Positions 21,883 through 34,567 of a stretch of 62,048 bases of DNA are shown here, one piece after another. A program made the position numbers and the translations under genes. This DNA is from Rhizodiscina lignyota (Eukaryota), in assembly GCA_010015805.1 (NCBI GenBank), contig ML978134.1:744001-806048 (forward strand), given 5' to 3'. How positions within the stretch are numbered: position 1 is the stretch's first letter; each line of letters opens with the position of its first letter. A model generated the notes under the pieces. That model did no database searches. It was not told the origin of the DNA and worked only from the letters and a program-made list of their open reading frames with translations.

Positions 21883-24245
21883 TCATATAAGTGTTATCTT
21901 TTCTCGGCTCGCATGCTTGTGGAATTCTTCCTCGGGGGCCCGACCCCGAAACCATCCGCATCGGCGGTAAATCTTAGCTCCTGAATCAACCCTGTTTAAT
22001 ATGATGCCTTCGCAGAACCCTCTCTTCCCTTCCACTTCATCGTCGACTTGTATTGATGGCGGTGATAGCACGAGGTATTCTAACTCCGAAGATCCGCCTT
22101 GTTTGAGAAGAAATTCGTCGCTTTCCCGGTCCATAACAACTTCAAGGCAGTTCGGTACCGTCATTGGATCGACATCAAGGGCAGATCGTAATGGTTGTTT
22201 GATGGGCCGCCGGAGTGCGCATTGAAGCTTCAGTGAAGCCCCTTTCAGGTGTCCGAATGAATTCGATGGGTGCACCAGATCGATGCTGATGTTCGAATTC
22301 AAAATCTTTACTGAGTCTCCAACGAAATACCCAACAAGCTCTAGTCCCAATCTCACTGGCGCATCCAGGGAGAGCCAGGACCATGAAGGGGCTCTCCACT
22401 CGTTCGAAACCCTATTGGAATCGCCTGGTACAGATACACGCCATACGAGATGCCGTTTGAGCCAAGGCCGCCAAAACCCCGCGACGTAGTCACTTGGTTG
22501 CATGTTAGAGATTTCGGAAAACTTCGAGGCAAGACCGGCGAGCGCAGGGAGCTTGTCTGAAGGCCGCGTCAACTTCCGACATGAGTACTCTGTGATGACA
22601 TCTTCCCAGAATGATCTCAACCATGCCTCTGTTCGATGTGTGCTCACTTGTTTAGACAGGCGCTCCTGGATTGATCTGAATTTCTCCCGGAGACGCCTGA
22701 TCGCGGTTTTGTTCCACGGAAATAACACTCTGCGCATACCGCTGGGCTGGCTAGATTCGCAAGTGCACGACCACGACACTTCCGTCTCTCCAAAGAACAG
22801 AAGTCTCGGTGATAACAAATCCTCCTGAAGCGCCCACGAACGTTCGTGGATTGGCTCTCGGATTGAAGCCGAGCCTCTCTGATGCAACTGTATCGTATCC
22901 TCTCTGCCGTCCGGTAAAAGACACGCAACATCGACCGGCGGGGGCCTGCTACCAGATTGATGTGATCTTTCGTTCAAGAACCCATCTTGACAGCTCTTGG
23001 CCGTCGCGGCAGATATGGTCACATACGCGTTAGCGAATATCTCGCCCATGAGCTCGATTTGTCCCTCCCGGTCGCCCTCGTCGTCTTGAACGATACACAA
23101 ACTGTCCACCCAGAGGTATTTAAACCCAAGTCGGCGCGTAACAGTGATGGCATCCTGAATACTTCTTGGAAGCTCGGCTTTGATACCGCAAGCATGCTCA
23201 TTGACATTTGCTCGAGTCGTAACAAGATTCTGTTGGCCGCCCCAGCAGTAGGACAAGCAGGCGTATGGCTCGGATTCCCCCTGGGTGAGGATGACCTTTG
23301 GGTACGCCTTGCTGACATCTATTACTCTCCTTGGGAGTCTCTGCTGGCCCCGCTTTGGAAAGCAAAAGTTCGTATGTTCCTTATCGCATCTTGCTAGCCA
23401 CTCTTCAATCTTCTGATAAGTGAAGTTCGAGCTCACATCGACTACAGGAGGTCTGGTATTGATGTAGTCTGCACTTGGGGAACCTGCCCGTGAATTAGTG
23501 AACTTCTGCCGATGATCATGTTCAGCGGATGGTGCTTACAAGGCTCCGCAACGACGTCGAAGGTCAGTCCGACTGGATAATATCCAGTGATTGTAGGGAC
23601 CTCGACCAACCCTTCGAAATAGTGGTAACAAAAGTTGAATGTGAGCATATCATCCTCGTCCAGAAACTTCCACTTCCAGTATTTGCCCAGCTGCCAGCGG
23701 AAGTGAGTCTGTAAGGCATTGCAGAGAGCACAGCCTGCCTCCACCGAAGTTCTGAAAGACTCTGGCGTGAACTGCGCCTCGTGCAAGTCGGGTATGCTGA
23801 GATTAGGCAGATTTTCAGGATCTTTGAGTTCGACGCACAGTCTTTTGCAGACTTCGCAGAGTCCAGAGTCCAGACTTATCAGGGAATCAATTGATTGGAA
23901 TGCGCTATCCCTTCGTCGGAGTCTTATTTTCCCCTCAAGTTCCAGTGGATATCGAGTAGCCGAATGGTCGATGTAGAGCCATTTCCTTTCGTCATCGACC
24001 TGTTCGAAAGTTTCCCCAATTGTCTCCTCAAGCAGGTCGAAGACTTCGGGTGGTGGGTCTCCCGAGGCATCTTCCTGATTGAACTCAATACTGTATCGAT
24101 CATCCTCAGTTCTTATTTGCAGTAGTACACCTGTTGCATTGGTTGAATAATCTGGCTTCAGTGCGACATCACCCGTGATATCGTGGTCATCCTCGAGGTC
24201 GGTATCATCCGCATCCGAGATTCCCTCATACGCCATTGATGGCAT
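21883..24245 (-). CDS. HET-domain (heterokaryon incompatibility, PF06985-type) protein
   Basis: Motifs LPRRVIDV, YACLSYCWGG, LPRSIQDAITVTRRLGFKYLWVDSLCIVQDD, MGEIFANAYVTISA, RSWALQEDLLSPR and APSWSW. Intron 23539-23484 joins the upstream exon carrying CxxC...CxxC. Confidence 0.92.
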
Positions 24246-25062
24246 GTCGAGTGATAGAGGGAAGTCATTGAAGAGGCCCGAGGTATTTATCGAAGACTAT
24301 GAGAGCTTCTCATTCGTACTAGGTCCAATCAATGCCGCATTCAAGGCCGCTGACCGGTATTGGGTCACAGGCTGCCAACGCACACACCAGCCACCTCACG
24401 AGACGGCAAGACTGCTGCAAGGCCAAAATAGAAGAAGCCACAGCCCATTGGATGCAGCATCGTCGATCGACGAAAGGATAAGTATCTGGTGCGTTTCATG
24501 GTCTGCGGATGCGCTATTCGGTCGAAATTGTGAATAAGGTACCTTGCAGAGGTTGATATCTCCAAGAGTACGAAGTAAGTATGAGGCAGCTCTGTAGGTA
24601 ACATTACGGGAGCGACAGAGCACCTGTAGACCAACCAGTTCCAGGGCATGCTCCACCTAGAGATCGGTACCAAACCACCCCGAAGCTGGCCCTCAAGGCG
24701 TACCAGCTCCGAGTAAGCTCCGAAGGATGCCCCACGCTCATCCTCCAACAAGCATAAATAGAGCAGACGCACGCCCAACTGTTTAGTTCGATAGAGACGT
24801 TTCTATCTCTATATCTCAGCGGAGATCACAGCGCATGATCACATGACAGCGCGTCTCAGCGGCTTCATAGTCAAGTATTTTAGCTCAGCTAGCGTACCAC
24901 AGAATAAGACTTCACCACTCGCAACAGGAGCAACATCATATTGACGATTCCCAGAATGTATTCATGCAACATATAATCCACGATCAACAAACAGACATCT
25001 AACATATAGTAGTGTTGCACGCCATTGCCTTCATCTCCTCCTCCAATGCAGTACGACCATTA

Positions 25063-26055
25063 CTAACAACCAGCAAGCCTTTGAGCGGCATCGGCCGAGC
25101 AAACAGCAGACCAGTGTCCAACTGCCGCAGCACTACCTGTCTGCCACTCATGAATAGCAGTGCCTAACTCCGTCGCAATATTCGGGTGGGAACCTTGGAG
25201 TTTGATGATGGTTCCAGGAGCGTCAATTGTTTCCCAATTACCAGGTATGTTAAGCGTATTTCTCCCGGGCTTCAACTGAAGGTCAGGGACCGTGAGACCC
25301 AACTTCTTCGCCACTGCCTTCTTCCGGAATTTCTCCATGTCCTGAAATCGCATGTCGTGGACCAAATTTGCAGCTTCCTTCCCATCGGTAATGATTGTGT
25401 TAGCAAGAGCTTGTCTAGCATCTCCGGAAAGATCCATGCCTCCTAGATCCCCTAGCGAATCCGCAACTCTGCTGAGCATATCATACCAATTGGATGCATC
25501 AAGAAAGACCCTATTGGCATCGACAGCTCCAGTGATACCAAACCTGCTCACAGGATCCTCCCATGTGAGGATCCTGTTATACAGATTACTGATGGGGACC
25601 TTTGTGAAATCCTCGCCGGCCCCGAGAACAGTAACTGCGGGTCGCGTGATTGACTGACCCTTCTTCGCTTTCCAGATGTACTCGCAGAACTTGTTAAAGG
25701 TGCAGCGGCTCCCGGCAAGAGAGCCTGGACAGCCTGCGCCAATATTGCGATCATCCTCGTCGGGAACCGTTATTTCTTCGGCCAAGTACGCATAGTAGTA
25801 CAGAATTCTATGGATATTAATCAGCTCTGTTCAAACAAGGGCTTCGTCCATATGGTTTCGCCTTCGGTGTGCATATGTCGGTAGAGCCCAGCAGCTACGG
25901 ATTTGGACAATGGCGCCAGATCCAGTTGTCTTGTTTCGTCTGAACACCAACGGGATTGGTTGTACATACCGCTCTGCCGCACCACGAGGACCTTCAGCAA
26001 AAACACGAGAGAGGAGAGTGCTTGAGAGCAATATCCACCCGAGGAAAGTCTTCAT
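25063..26055 (-). CDS. Secreted protein of unknown function (~276 aa), candidate toxin subunit
   Basis: Signal-peptide-like start MKTFLGWILLSSTLLSRVFA|EGPRGAAER. Intron 25969-25808 (GTATGT...GCTGAT...TAG) restores the frame into ILYYYAYLAEE...GAGCPGS...RCTFNKFCEYIW...QRLAGC*. Confidence 0.8.
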
Positions 26056-26960
26056 GTTCCTGAGCGAGGTTGTGCGATCCAGCGCATGCCAGAATATCGG
26101 GGTAAGTTTGAAGGACGGCAGAGACTTTGAGGTCGCTGCAGACAAAGTGTCCTTAATTCAATTTAGTCAGTATTTCCTTTTATAGGTATAAAGAGCTGCG
26201 GAAACACACGCTTGTATGAAAGCTCGAGCACCGAGAGAGATCCTTCGGACTGGGAGGTTACTTAGAGAATGGACGCCTGACTGCAGAACACGCGTAAAAG
26301 AGTGACAATCTTAGAGTGTGCGAATCTAGAAAGAGAAGCATGTATGGAAAGATCGACTCGACCGACACCCGTCCTGCCGTCGCAGTCGTTGAAGGGAATG
26401 AAGGTTGGTCAGACAGTCCCTGAAGAGAACAACTCATGAACAATCGTCAAGGCGAACAAATTGTACGCCGTGCAAGCTACAGCACAAGGAGTGAAATCAG
26501 CCGCGTAGCTCTGGGGAGGCTGTTCGATCGGAGTCATATTGGAAGAACTCGGCGCCACCAGCACATGGAAATTACGCGTTGGGAAGGAATCTTGGGGCGA
26601 AATGTTCGAAACAGAAGCCTTGCAGTAAGGACTGACGAGCGATGTGTGGCTACTTGAGATCGAGAGCTCTCCACGAGACGCGCTTGGATCCCTCAGCTGG
26701 GAGAGAAAACTGGGAGTTAGCTTAATCAGAGTGCCTGAAATGCTTGTCCCAATCTTATTCGGACGTCGAGACAACGGACAGTCGATGAACAGAGTATAGC
26801 TTTAGCTCTCGTCGACAAGTCTGTGCATGCTCCTTCCGATTTCTCTGTCAAACGGGAGGCATGCTTATATATTTTTAGGTCGTTCGGAGTCGAGCAGGTT
26901 GGACGTACAAAGCTTGCTACCACCCCACAGCGAATCATTCTGCCGTCTGGCCCTTGGATA

Positions 26961-27470
26961 GGCGACTATAAGCATCAATCCGCCAAAACTCCACTTTCAG
27001 TTTTTTAGTTTTTAGTTTTCTCTAATACGCCACTTTATACCTCTATAATAATATTTTATCTAAGTCCTAATACCTATATACTTTATTTTATATAGCTTAG
27101 GTGCCTATAGCTCGCTTACTTAGGTACTCGCTAGCTGGCTTGGGTACTCGCTGGCTGGCTTAGGTGCTTGCTGGCTGACTTGGGTGCTCGCTGGCTGGCT
27201 TAGGTGCTCGCTAGCTGACTTAGGTACCTACTATTTCGGTACCTACTACTTTAGTACCTACTACTTCAGTACTTATAGCCTTCTTATTTTTTATACTTAT
27301 AAAAAATAGATAAGTACGTGTAGGAGGGCTTAATTTAAAATAAATAAGAGAGATATTCTCGAATTTTAGTTGTAGGCGATTATTATAGAGGTACGAAGTA
27401 GCGTATTAGAGAAAACTAAAAACTGAAAAACTGAAAGTGGAGTTTTGGCGGATTGATGCTTATAGTCGCC
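26961..27470. mobile_element. Non-autonomous DNA transposon (MITE, ~510 bp) with ~92-bp TIRs, probable TA target-site duplication and RIP-like mutations
   Basis: GGCGACTATAAGCATCAATCCGCCAAAACTCCACTTTCAG... at 26961-27052 is matched by its reverse complement at 27379-27470. TA flanks both ends (26959-60, 27471-72). The interior is AT-rich and encodes no transposase. Confidence 0.88.
27121..27272. repeat. Minisatellites inside the MITE: five 20-bp units then about three 15-bp units
   Basis: T(A/G)GGT(A/G)CT(C/T)GCT(A/G)GCTG(G/A)CT x5 at 27121-27220, then (G/A)GTACCTACTA(T/C)TT(C/T) x3. Confidence 0.9.
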
Positions 27471-28212
27471 TATCCTTGCCGAGGTTCCAAGACCGGTAAG
27501 GCTGAGTTGAAAAGCCACAGCGGTCCTGCATTTTCCCCTGCCAAGCCCACGCTCGGACGTTATCATCCTACGACGCCGCATTCCCTCAGTCACACCTTCA
27601 AAGTAACAACCAGCTAGATTACTTGCGTCTTTGTTTTCCTAAGGCTAGCTCTACTAAGTTTTACGCCTGAACACGGTCTGACTGCCTGTGCCATCCTCGC
27701 CACCCATCGTGAACTGCTGTTCCTTATGCTACCATGCAACCACGACGAAAGAGGAGCCATGTCGCGCTCAGGGAAGCAGTACAATTTCCACTGTCATCAA
27801 TCTATTTCCATCTCGCTGTTATGTTGCAAGTGCTCCTCAGCTTGCATCTTGACTGCCACGCTATTGCAAGCCGTCACTCTCCTCATTGGTTGACTCACCT
27901 GCCCCTGCCTTCTTCACGATGGATTCTGAGGAAGCTGGAAGGCAGAGTGCGGCCAGGCCATGCTAAGTAGCAGTCACCTTTCTTGCACGTCGTCCTTTGC
28001 TTCAAAAATTAGTTTGCTCTGGCCACCCTCTGTGTCAACCATCGCGGTCTTTCGTTCCGCTGGTCTGCTCTTCTTGCGATGTGATAGCTTCTTCTTGCTT
28101 GCACTCGCTCTTTGCTCAAATTTCGAGGCTCTACGGCCGCTTGCAGTCACTGTCATAATTCTTCTACTTCTTGCACTCTTTCTAGTCCCGATCTTTGCTT
28201 TACATATCAGCC

Positions 28213-31200
28213 ATGTGGGCCCGTTCACCGGCCTGGGCGGCCACATTGGCCTTTTTGGGTTTGACATCGCCAGCATTTGCCCTTCAATATATCGATACAC
28301 AATTTTACAGCCAGTTGTCCTCCTGTCCCGACAAATGTATTGGCCAACCTCCAGCAAACTGGACTGTATACACGGCATTCGAACGTCTCAATGCCTGCGA
28401 ACAACCAGTTTTGTTCGATTTTGCCATCCACAACCCGGTCGACGATCCAAATACTGTTACGAAACTTCGTACTTGTACCGCTGGCACCTCAAATGGCACA
28501 GCAGCTGTTTTAGCTGCGAATCAAACTTCTGGCACCTGTCTTCCTTACACTACCAAGAGCCAGGTTTCTCTGGATATAGCTACAACCGGCCGTCAAGGTT
28601 ATGCGTCCATGAAAGACCTTGACGCTGCCTTGGATAAAGTTCAGAGCTATCTGGACGACCCAACCAACTGCGATGCAACCTTCATTGTCGGCCGCTCGAA
28701 AACGACCATTGTGGCCGTATATTCAGGGCGTGGAATTGACAACCGTGCTACGACATCTGCAATCATTCGCCGCCTTGCAACTGAAATCGTCAATTCCACG
28801 ACCTCAAAAACCGTCGTTCTGGAGCTTTGCGGTGATGGACGAAACGCAGATCGTACTCTTGGAGTCGCCATTGATAACAATGGAGACATTGCTGCCATTC
28901 AAAAAGCAGTTGCGACGTGGAGCAATGCTACCTGCGTTAGTGGTATGCAAATATCCAATCAAATGAAGGATGTAACCATCTTTGAGTCGCCGCGGCACTC
29001 TGCTTCGAATTCGACGTCCAGTCACCAGCTTGTCCGGAGGGGTGACTGCAAAACAGCTACAGTTATCAGCGGTGATTCTTGCGGTTCTCTGGCTTCAAAG
29101 TGCGGTATCTCTGCTAGCGACTTCACGAAATACAACTCCGACCCAAAACTATGCTCTTCCCTGACACCGGGGCAGCACGTCTGCTGTTCTGCTGGTACGC
29201 CCCCTGATTTCTCGCCGAGACCCAACGCGGATGGCTCCTGTGCCTCGTATACCGTGAAAACCGGCGACACCTGCTCTTCAATTGCCGCAAACAATGGCTT
29301 GAAAGTAGCCGATGTCAGCAAGTTTAATGACAAGACAACTTGGGGCTGGTTTGGTTGCAATGACCTGATGGCTGGCCTTGCCATCTGTCTTAGTACTGGA
29401 ACGCCACAAATGCCCGCATTTGTCGCGAATGCTGTCTGCGGTCCCACTGTACCAGGCACGAAGCCACCAGCAAAGGGCGAGAACATGACGGATCTCAACC
29501 CGTGCCCATTGAACGCCTGTTGCGATATCTGGGGACAATGCGGGATAACACCCGAATATTGTACTGCAGAGACTGGTACGTATCTCATAGCCCAATTGCA
29601 ATCACCAGCTGTACTGATTTATTGTTTTCAATCGTAGGACCGCAAGGGAACCCGGGAACGGCACCACCTAATCACAATGGCTGCATTTCCAACTGTGGCA
29701 CGAAGATGGCGAATAATGGAAACGGTCCCAACAGCTTCAAGAAGATCGGCTACTACGAGTCTTGGAACTGGGACCGCTCTTGCTTGAACATGAGAGCAGC
29801 AGACCTGGATTCTTCTACGTACACTCATGCTCACTGGGGATTCGCTACAATTACGGATTCCTTTGACGCTTCCATAAATGATACATACAAGCAATGGGAC
29901 GATTTCACCTCACTTTACGGCGTCAAGAAGTAAGCGATTTGCACATATCACTGTTAGCAGTTCACTAATAAGTCAACTTCAGGATCGTTTCGTTCGGCGG
30001 TTGGGGCTACTCTACCGATACTTCTACATATGACGTTCTCCGTAAAGCCATGGATCCTGCGAATGCCGGTACATTCACCACCAACATCGTCAACTTTCTA
30101 AATAAGAACAACTTGGATGGCGTTGATTTCGATTGGGAATACGCCGGCGCCCCAGATATCCCAGGAATTCCTCCAGGTCTGAAAACAGACGGGCCCAACT
30201 ATTTGTCCTTCTTGCAAACCCTCAGGGGGAAGATGCCAGCAGGAAAGACAATCTCGATCGCCGCTCCTGCATCTTTTTGGTATCTCAAGTCGTTCCCGAT
30301 CGCGAAAATGGTGAAAGAGCTGGATTACATTGTCTACATGACTTATGATTTGCATGGCCAGTGGGACTACGGCAATCAGTTCAGTCAAGACGGGTGCCCT
30401 ACGGGAAGCTGTCTGCGAAGCCATGTCAACTTGACAGAAACCAATTATGCCCTCGCCATGATTACAAAAGCAGGTGTCCCAGCTAACATCATTTCTGTTG
30501 GTGTGTCTTCTTATGGCCGCTCCTTCGGCATGACCCAAGCTGGTTGTACAGGCCCTATGTGCCACTTTGGTGGACCCGATTCCACTGCTGCGCCAGGGAT
30601 ATGCACAGTCACCGCGGGCTGCTACATTTCCAACGCTGAGATCCTCAACATCATCGGAGCCAACGATACGAGCATCAAATCTTGGTACGATACGGACAGC
30701 AACTCTGACATATTAGTCTACAATGGCACTCAGTGGGTGGCCTATATGACCGATGTCACAAAGGACTCGAGAACTGGCTATTATAAGAGTCTAAACTTCG
30801 GAGGCACCGTCGACTGGGCAGTTGACCTTCATGAATTCACAGGCGATGATGGAGCTCCGAGTGACAATGATGATGACGACCTGCCACTGCCTGCCCCTAC
30901 TATGCCAGACTGTACAGCTAGCTATACGACTCTTGATGACCTCGGCGCAGCTGGTAACATTCCAGACAACTGCAAGGCCTACTGCATCGTGTCGACGCTC
31001 GGAAACGTTCTTAGTGCGGCAGTAAAGAACTACACTGATATGATGAACGATGGTTACGACGGAAAGTTCGACACCTACTCGCACGCTGTCGCCGACAGCG
31101 CCGGCTCAACAGTCCGAGATTTCGTCAATAATAACGGTAGGTGTGCAAAGAAGGCCCCAAAGGCTAGGCTAATGCGATCCACGTGGCACAGGCAATAAAT

Positions 31201-32402
31201 ACTTCTCATGCATCATCAGCGAGACAGCCGTATGCTGCGACTACTGCAAAGGGGGTGCTCATCCGGCAGATCAATGCAATTACTGCTTTGATGGTAAGAT
31301 CCTTCGTGAATGAAGGTATTTGCATATGTTAATACAGCCTACAGGCGCATGTTACAAGACCTGCAACTCAGAGCTTGGTTGTTCTACCAAGCGCGATGTG
31401 TCTCCGCTCGATGGCCACGAAGCTTTTTATGGAGAGATGCAAAGGCGCGACCACCCCTTCCCAGAACGGGTCCTGATCTCTAAAATGGTTAATGAGACCG
31501 AGCCGTGCCCTCCAGACTACTCGAAGCGTGGCTACGGCCCGGATAATCCGTACGAACAGAGCGTCTACTGGTCATTGGACTCGGACAAAGCCAACAATTT
31601 CTGGGCTGACTTGCTTGACAATACCGGCATTCCGAAGGATAAAATCCAGTTCAAAAGTTATGATCGTGGTAACGACTGTGCCCCATCTGCGAAGCCTGAC
31701 GACGATTGCTGGGGTATCGGGTACGACTACGGCATGCCTACTCCCAGCAGCTACAGTGCCGGCGATGTTGCCAACCCCAAGGATGTTGTGCAAAAGGCGC
31801 TTAGCAATTCGAAGGACCTGCAAAAGCAGATCTCAGATGCTGCAACATCCTTGAAATTAAATTGTTGGGATGGTGAGTATAATGTGATCCCAGAGAGAAC
31901 CACAAACTGTGCTAATTTCATCCACATAGGTGATGGTTTTGAGCTCGTCGACTCCATCTCTCTCCCTGTCCTCATGATTGCGGAAGCAGTCAACGGCATG
32001 GCGCAAGTCGACTCAGTTGCTGACAAGATCGACGAAGAGAAGCGCAAGGCCCTCATCCTGGCGTTCCTTGGAGCCATTCTGTTCTTCGTCCCTGTCGCTG
32101 GCGAAGTCCTCGGGGCTGTTACTGAACTCGCGGACATTGCGAGCATCATCACGATCCTCGGCGCCGTCGGAAACGCCGCGATGGACGTGTACACTATTGT
32201 TGACGACCCGTCAAATGCACCTTTGGCCATCTTCAGCTTGATCCTCGAGCATCTGGCACTGGCTGACCTTGCAAAAATCACGAGAGCTGCGAACATCCGT
32301 CGCGGAATGACTGATGCTGATGTCGCCAAGCTCGGAGACAAAGTTGCTGATAGCATGGGCACGATCAAGAAAATCACCGGAGTCTGCCCCAAGACATCTT
32401 AA
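28213..32402 (+). CDS. Killer-toxin-like subgroup C GH18 chitinase (signal peptide, 2x LysM, CBM18/hevein, GH18, hydrophobic beta-like C-terminus)
   Basis: Signal peptide MWARSPAWAATLAFLGLTSPAFA. LysM domains VISGDSCGSLASKC and YTVKTGDTCSSIA; hevein motif CPLNACCDIWGQCG; SFGGW and an intact DGVDFDWEY catalytic motif; MTYDLHGQWD; hydrophobic C-terminal helices. Introns 29576-29637, 29930-29982, 31137-31191, 31294-31344 and 31873-31929 all keep the frame. Confidence 0.93.
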
Positions 32403-32666
32403 GAGCTGTCAAGAATATCAAACACAGGATATCGAGAATATCAAAAAAGAGTATGTAAATAAGCACGAAAGAGTATGAACTTCATAATTCAGTCATATTC
32501 GCGCAGCGCGGAACTTATTCCTCGTGAATCGCATTGAATAATCATGCGCCCAACCCAGTATCCAGGTGAGTGTGGCCCTCGTACAAATCTATAATGCACG
32601 TGTTGAAATTGAGTTGTATACACTCCTGCACCAAGAAATAACGCTGCACCAGCAATGCCCCTAACC

Positions 32667-34007
32667 TTAGGCCTTGTCCGACGTCGTCCCGTTGTTGTCG
32701 CGACGAGCAAAGCCCCATTCGATCTGGTTCGCCAATTTGATTGGCGTATTCAACTCCTCCGCGAACTGCCAGACGAGACCGGGGTTCTTCTGGAAAAGTC
32801 GACCCACAAAGACAGCATCCAAGCCTGCTTCGATGTATCTATTGGCCTGCTTGCCACTTGTGATCCTGCCCACGGCAGTCACCTTGATCTTGTCTCCCAC
32901 CGACTTCTTGATAGCGAGAGACAAGTCGGCCTGATAGTCTTCATCTCTGCTAATACGTTGATGCGGAGAGATTCCGCCGGAAGATACATCTAGAAGATCG
33001 ACACCACGGTCGGCAAGAAGGTGACCCAGCTTGATTGCATCGTTCAAGGTCCAAGATTCTGGTTCAGGAGATCCCTCATAGTCGAGCCAGTCAGTCCCGG
33101 TGATTCTGGCGAATAGTACCTTATCTTCCGGCAGTTCTCGACGAACAATCTCGGCTACCTCGAGTATGAGGCGAGTTCGGTTCTCGAATGAGCCTCCATA
33201 CTTGTCGGTCCGCTTGTTGCTCACCGGGCTATAGAAAGAGTGCATCAGGTAGCCATGAGCGGCGTGCAGCTCGATGCCGTCAAACCCGGCCTTCATTGCT
33301 CGTTTGGCAGCAGCAGCATAAGCGGCCTTGAACTCTTCGATGTCTTCCAGAGTCATCTCATTCGGAACGGGGAAGTGTTTTGCGTATGCAATTGCGCTCG
33401 GTCCTTGAATCTGGGTCGGCCATCCTCCGTTCTTCTCAATGGCTATATTAGCTCGGTCCAGCCAAGGAGCGACCGTCGAAGACTTCCATCCAGCATGGCC
33501 CATTTGGATGATTATGTGCTGGCCTTGGCTATGTGCGAAATCCACCACGCGCTTCCACGGCTCGACGTGGGAGTCCTTGTAGATTCCAGAATGCTGAGGC
33601 GTCGAACGACCACGAGCCATTACAGCTGAAGATTCCACACATGTCAATCCTGGACCCCGCTGCACAATTCCGCCTATGTGCGTTAATTGCCAGTCAGTCA
33701 CGTGGCCGTCGTCGGCGGAGTATTGGCATAGTGGCGATAGCTAGAAGCGCAAGAAGAGGCTCAAAGTCACTAAACAGCCCTTCCAAAGGAGGTCGGAGAT
33801 GTGACAGGGACTCGGATTACTTACGAAAATACGGTTCTGTAACTTCAATCCTCGGATCTGTATCGGTTTGAAGAGTGCGGGAGCATGTTCGGGGTCTTTT
33901 GCAGCTCCGGCGGGGATTTCTTGAATGGGTGTGTAATATGGAGCGCCGGGCGCAGGTTTATTTGGAAGGTCGGGCCAGTTATACTGCTTCTCGATATCTA
34001 TAGTCAT
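32667..34007 (-). CDS. NADH:flavin oxidoreductase / Old Yellow Enzyme (YqjM-like)
   Basis: LFKPIQIRGLKLQNRIF, intron 33824-33741, then LSPLCQYSADDGH, IQMGHAG, AGFDGIELHAAHGYL and NKRTDKYGGSFENR. Confidence 0.92.
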
Positions 34008-34567
34008 GATTGTTTCGAACAATTCAAATCGCAGGCAAGCTAGAAATATTGATTGAAGACTTTTGTAAGGCGGGGCAAGATAAAAGGCGTTGTCGGCTCT
34101 GAACTAGGATAGAAGGTATTGCAGCGGTGCAAGGCCAGACTAAGCCACGATTTCCCCGCAGCCTTTTATATGTATCTGAGTGTTTGGAGAAGTGGATCGT
34201 AATTAGGAGCATCAGATCTCCGTGCCGCAGCATCCATATGTCTTCTCACTTAAACATTAACTTGTGGCGAAAATGAGCCGGATGCGACGTTCCGGCTAAC
34301 CATCTGTATAGCGACCGCGGTAGATCATGTTCCGCTCCGGCAGTTGAGCAGCTCAAGCTGTGATAATTCACGTCTCTTGATGTCAACAAGACTTTCGGAG
34401 TCCTTACAAAGTCGAAGCTAGAGATTATTGCTTGGGAACTAAATATTGTCGGTGGAGTACAGAAAAGAATGACGCATGTGCCTTCGTTACTGAAGAACGG
34501 TTCTAAAATAGATCGACGCCTGGACTTCGCTCAAAAGACTGCATGCGCATAACATTGTACCTCTGCT

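Noticed and set aside
24365..24778. Small ORF between the candidate toxin and the HET gene as a possible immunity gene
   Set aside because: It has a non-ATG start and no recognisable features, so nothing supports it as coding.
27121..27272. CRISPR-like array
   Set aside because: The units are contiguous with no unique spacers, lie within a MITE and are in eukaryotic DNA.
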